In this document: in pieces, positions 61,220-64,000 of the stretch
How positions within the stretch are numbered: the stretch's first letter is position 1
Layout: every line of letters begins with the position of its first letter
DNA from: an uncultured Candidatus Rokubacteria bacterium
Lineage (GTDB): Bacteria > Methylomirabilota > Methylomirabilia > Rokubacteriales > CSP1-6
Assembly: GCA_963771355.1 (NCBI GenBank)
Contig: CAVYTA010000006.1
Location: 224,001 to 288,000, forward strand
Direction: 5' to 3'
DNA length: 64,000 nucleotides
Notes under the pieces: generated by a model
The model's input: the letters and a program-made list of their open reading frames with translations, nothing else
What the model was told of the DNA's origin: nothing
Database searches by the model: none
Made by a program: the position numbers and the translations under genes

Positions 61220-62197
61220 TCAGGCCCCCTTGAGGAAGTCCGCGAAGTATTCCTCCGGCGTGACCAGGCGGGTCGTCAGCCCCAGCTTGAAGGCTTCGCC
61301 GGCGAACATCTCGATCTGCGCCCGGTTACGCTCGAAGCCGTAGGGGTGGAAGTCCTCGCCCATCACGGCCGCCGTCTCCTCCAGCTCGGCCTCCAGCCAC
61401 GGCGTGGCGTAGGGGAAGCCCTTCTGGGCCGCGGTGAAGCAATCATTGGCCGCGCTGAACGCGGCGGTGAGGGTCTTGGCGATCCAGGGATTCGCCTCCC
61501 AGGCCTCCCGCCGGAGGACGATCAGGTGCTGGGGAGGAAAGGCGCCGGTCTTGCGGAAGTACTCTTGCTCGACCGGGCGGAAGTCCGGGAACAGGCGCGC
61601 GATGGCGCCGGTCTCCGAATGATAGGCCTGCGGGCGCGGGGGACTGTAGATGGCCTCGAGCTCGCCCGCGATCAGCATGTCCGACAGTGATCGACCGGGC
61701 GGGGGCGAGCTCACGCCGGGCGGCAGGGACAGGTCCATGGGCTGCGCAGACCACGGCGTGTCGATGTCCCCGATCCACCACCGGATGGCGGCCGGGTCCA
61801 GCCCCACATAGCGCAGGAAGTGGCGATACCAAATGGAGCCGCTCGCGCTGTAGCTGTACATGCCGATGCGCTTCCCCGCGAGATCCTCGGGCCGCCGGAT
61901 CGGACCGCTCCGGCGGACGTAGAGGTCGCGCGCCGTGAAGTTTCGCAGCGGGAAGACCGGCAGGCCGACATAGCGGCGGTCACCCTTGTCGACTCGATAG
62001 AGATACTGCGCCATGGACCACTCGCCGCCCTGCACCTTGGGGTCCTGCACGGCGCGGCTGAGCATCTCCGCGCGCGCCGGCCACGAGCCGCGGCTCCCCA
62101 GGACCAGGGAGAGCGCGATGCCCTCCGGCTTCACCTCCCCGGTCGCCAGCGGCATGACGCGGGCATAGTCGGCGCAGGTGAGCGTGATCGGGATCAT
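61220..62197 (-). CDS. 4,5-dihydroxyphthalate decarboxylase-like protein (periplasmic-binding fold)
   Basis: ITLTCADYARVMPLATGEVKPEG, LPVFP, YFRKTGAFP..H, PYGFERNR. Confidence 0.75.
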   Translation of the reverse strand: MIPITLTCADYARVMPLATGEVKPEGIALSLVLGSRGSWPARAEMLSRAVQDPKVQGGEWSMAQYLYRVDKGDRRYVGLPVFPLRNFTARDLYVRRSGPIRRPEDLAGKRIGMYSYSASGSIWYRHFLRYVGLDPAAIRWWIGDIDTPWSAQPMDLSLPPGVSSPPPGRSLSDMLIAGELEAIYSPPRPQAYHSETGAIARLFPDFRPVEQEYFRKTGAFPPQHLIVLRREAWEANPWIAKTLTAAFSAANDCFTAAQKGFPYATPWLEAELEETAAVMGEDFHPYGFERNRAQIEMFAGEAFKLGLTTRLVTPEEYFADFLKGA

Positions 62198-63150
62198 CAG
62201 GCCCTCCCCGGCTTCCGCGCCTCGAAGATGGCCCGCGGGTTGCGCACGAGCATCTGCTCGATCTGATCATCGGGAACGCCCGCCTTGCGGAGGGCGGGGA
62301 GGATGTCGTCGGAGATGTGGTTGTAGTGCCAGAGGGGCCGGGTCCGGCGCTTGGCGTCCTCGGAGAGCATGTCCGACCAGCAGTTGGCGTCGTGGGAGAG
62401 GACCATCTTGCCCGCATAGCCCTCGGCGCAAAGCTTCGCCAGCACCTCGACCCGCTTCGCGGTGGGCAGGTATTGCTCGAGTCCAAAGCGGTCCATGCCG
62501 ATGGTGCTGCCCCGCTCCATGAGCCCGCGCAGATAGCCCAGGTCCTCGCTGTCGCCGCTGTGGCCGATGATGACGCGGCTCAGGTCGACGCCCTCCTGAG
62601 CGAAGATCGCCTGCTGCGCCTCCCCGGAGCGGCCCGCGGCCCAGGTGTGGGTGGAGATCGGTACGCCGGTCGCTTTCTGGGCCCGCGCGGAGGCGCGCAG
62701 CACGTTCTCGATCACCGGCGTCACGCCGGCGGTGTCGGTGGCGCACTTGATGATGGCGGCCTTGACGCCGCTGGCGCCGATGCCCTGGGTGATGTCGCGG
62801 ATGAAGAGCGCGGCGACCTCGTCCACGCCATGGGCGGTGAAGTAGCGCTGGGGCATCCACCAGACGCCGGTGGCCACGATCACGCGGACCGGCGAGCGCT
62901 TGGCCACCGCGGCGATCAGGTCGATGTCCCGCCCCAGGTCCACCGTGGTCAGGTCCACGATGGTGCGGATGCCACGCTTGTGCAGATCGGCCATCTTCCG
63001 CTCGGCGATGTCGAGGATGCCGCCCCGGTCCCAGAGATGCGGCCAGTTCTCCTGGACGCCGGGAGAGCGCGTGACGATGTGCTCGTGCATCAGGGTCGGG
63101 CCCAGCTCCGCCGTGGCCACCGGGCCGAGCGCAGTATCTACCGTGTTCAT
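62197..63150 (-). CDS. Phosphotriesterase-family lactonase
   Basis: TLMHEH, IIKCAT (carboxylated Lys), STHT, IGH, LSHD. Confidence 0.9.
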   Translation of the reverse strand: MNTVDTALGPVATAELGPTLMHEHIVTRSPGVQENWPHLWDRGGILDIAERKMADLHKRGIRTIVDLTTVDLGRDIDLIAAVAKRSPVRVIVATGVWWMPQRYFTAHGVDEVAALFIRDITQGIGASGVKAAIIKCATDTAGVTPVIENVLRASARAQKATGVPISTHTWAAGRSGEAQQAIFAQEGVDLSRVIIGHSGDSEDLGYLRGLMERGSTIGMDRFGLEQYLPTAKRVEVLAKLCAEGYAGKMVLSHDANCWSDMLSEDAKRRTRPLWHYNHISDDILPALRKAGVPDDQIEQMLVRNPRAIFEARKPGRA

Positions 63151-63920
63151 CGCGTGAAGACCTCCAGGACGGGTTTATCATCGCGCAGCGAGGCGAGCAG
63201 CACCGAGTGGATGGCCGGCTCCCGGAGCAGGCGCTCGGCGGTCTCGCGCGCCGGCGTTCGATCCGGGAGGCTCTCCACCTTGTTGATGAGGACCACGACC
63301 CGGGCGCCGGGCGGCACGCCCTTGCGGCCGCCCTCGGGATGGGCCATGACGCGGGCGACGATCTCGGGGGTGATCGATGCCCCCAGCGGCGCGCCGCCAA
63401 GCGCGGCGACCAACTCGGGGCGGTGCACGTGGTCGTCGTCGAGCGGCTTGCCGAAGACGTCGGCGCCCACGACGGGAATCACCAGTGTCGTCTCCGGCGG
63501 GATCACCGGCTCGTGCGCGGCCGGCGCCTTGAAAGGCCGCGTGCGCGAGCCATCCGCCTCGTTGAGGATGCACGCGTCGGAGAACCAGCTGCACAGCGCG
63601 CTGAAGAGCTCGAGCGAGACGCCGCCGGCACGATTGGTGGCCGGGTCAGTTGGTCCCACCACGAGCACGTGCCGGTGAGCGGCCAGCGCCGCCGCGACGC
63701 GGTCCCGCGTGGCCTCGGCCGCGAGGACTCGCGCGGGCGCACGTGCGGCCTGCGCGCCGAAGATATGGGTGGTGGTGGTCGTGATGACGCACCCACCTGT
63801 CTCCGTCACCTCGCGCGCCAGACGAAACATGGCCGTGCTCTTGCCGCCCCCACCGACCAGGGCGACGACCTCGCCGGGCTTCACAACTAGGGCGTCAACC
63901 AGACGACGTGCTGCGGTCAC
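63147..63920 (-). CDS. yqeC: YqeC-like selenium cofactor biosynthesis/accessory protein
   Basis: VALVGGGGKST, ITTTTTHI, NEADGSRTRPFKAPAAHEPVIP, VIPVVG, HRPE, LINK are motifs characteristic of YqeC. Confidence 0.85.
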   Translation of the reverse strand: MTAARRLVDALVVKPGEVVALVGGGGKSTAMFRLAREVTETGGCVITTTTTHIFGAQAARAPARVLAAEATRDRVAAALAAHRHVLVVGPTDPATNRAGGVSLELFSALCSWFSDACILNEADGSRTRPFKAPAAHEPVIPPETTLVIPVVGADVFGKPLDDDHVHRPELVAALGGAPLGASITPEIVARVMAHPEGGRKGVPPGARVVVLINKVESLPDRTPARETAERLLREPAIHSVLLASLRDDKPVLEVFTR

Positions 63921-64000
63921 CGGATGACCTCGTCGGCCTGGACCAGCACCGAGGCAGGGACGGTGAGGCCTAGCTCCTTGGCGGTCTTGAGGTTGACGGC
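63917..64000 (-). CDS. ABC substrate-binding (ABC_sub_bind) protein, C-terminal end only
   Basis: AVNLKTAKELGLTVPASVLVQADEVIR*; GTGA overlap with yqeC. Confidence 0.8.
   Translation of the reverse strand, partial: AVNLKTAKELGLTVPASVLVQADEVIR

Overview
High-GC bacterial window, gene-dense and mostly catabolic or redox. It holds peptide/nickel-type ABC components, amidohydrolases, LLM and Baeyer-Villiger monooxygenases, a thiolase-fold/DUF35 pair, an RND efflux pair, two PQQ dehydrogenases, a P450 and a repeat-rich surface protein. The gene content resembles Ca. Rokubacteria/Methylomirabilota, but that is inference only. No rRNA, tRNA or CRISPR array was seen. Main result: four genes that the ORF track shows as broken each carry a single in-frame TGA at a family-conserved redox Cys position. 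They are a DedA-rhodanese fusion (CTU), a BCP peroxiredoxin (TPGUTAEGC), an AhpD/CMD protein (CRYU) and a FrnE/DsbA-like protein (UPWC). In each case the frame continues as a good family match, and a stem-loop with GGG at its apex lies about 16-26 nt after the TGA, as expected of a bacterial SECIS. These look like four unannotated selenoproteins. The DsbA-like one ends a tightly coupled gene run that also contains a YqeC-like selenium-cofactor gene. Also present: a decayed segment (HNH/DUF222, methyltransferase and ABC-binding remnants, about 27.1-29.2 kb) and three single-base frameshifts that may be assembly errors. All calls come from visual motif recognition; no database searches were run.
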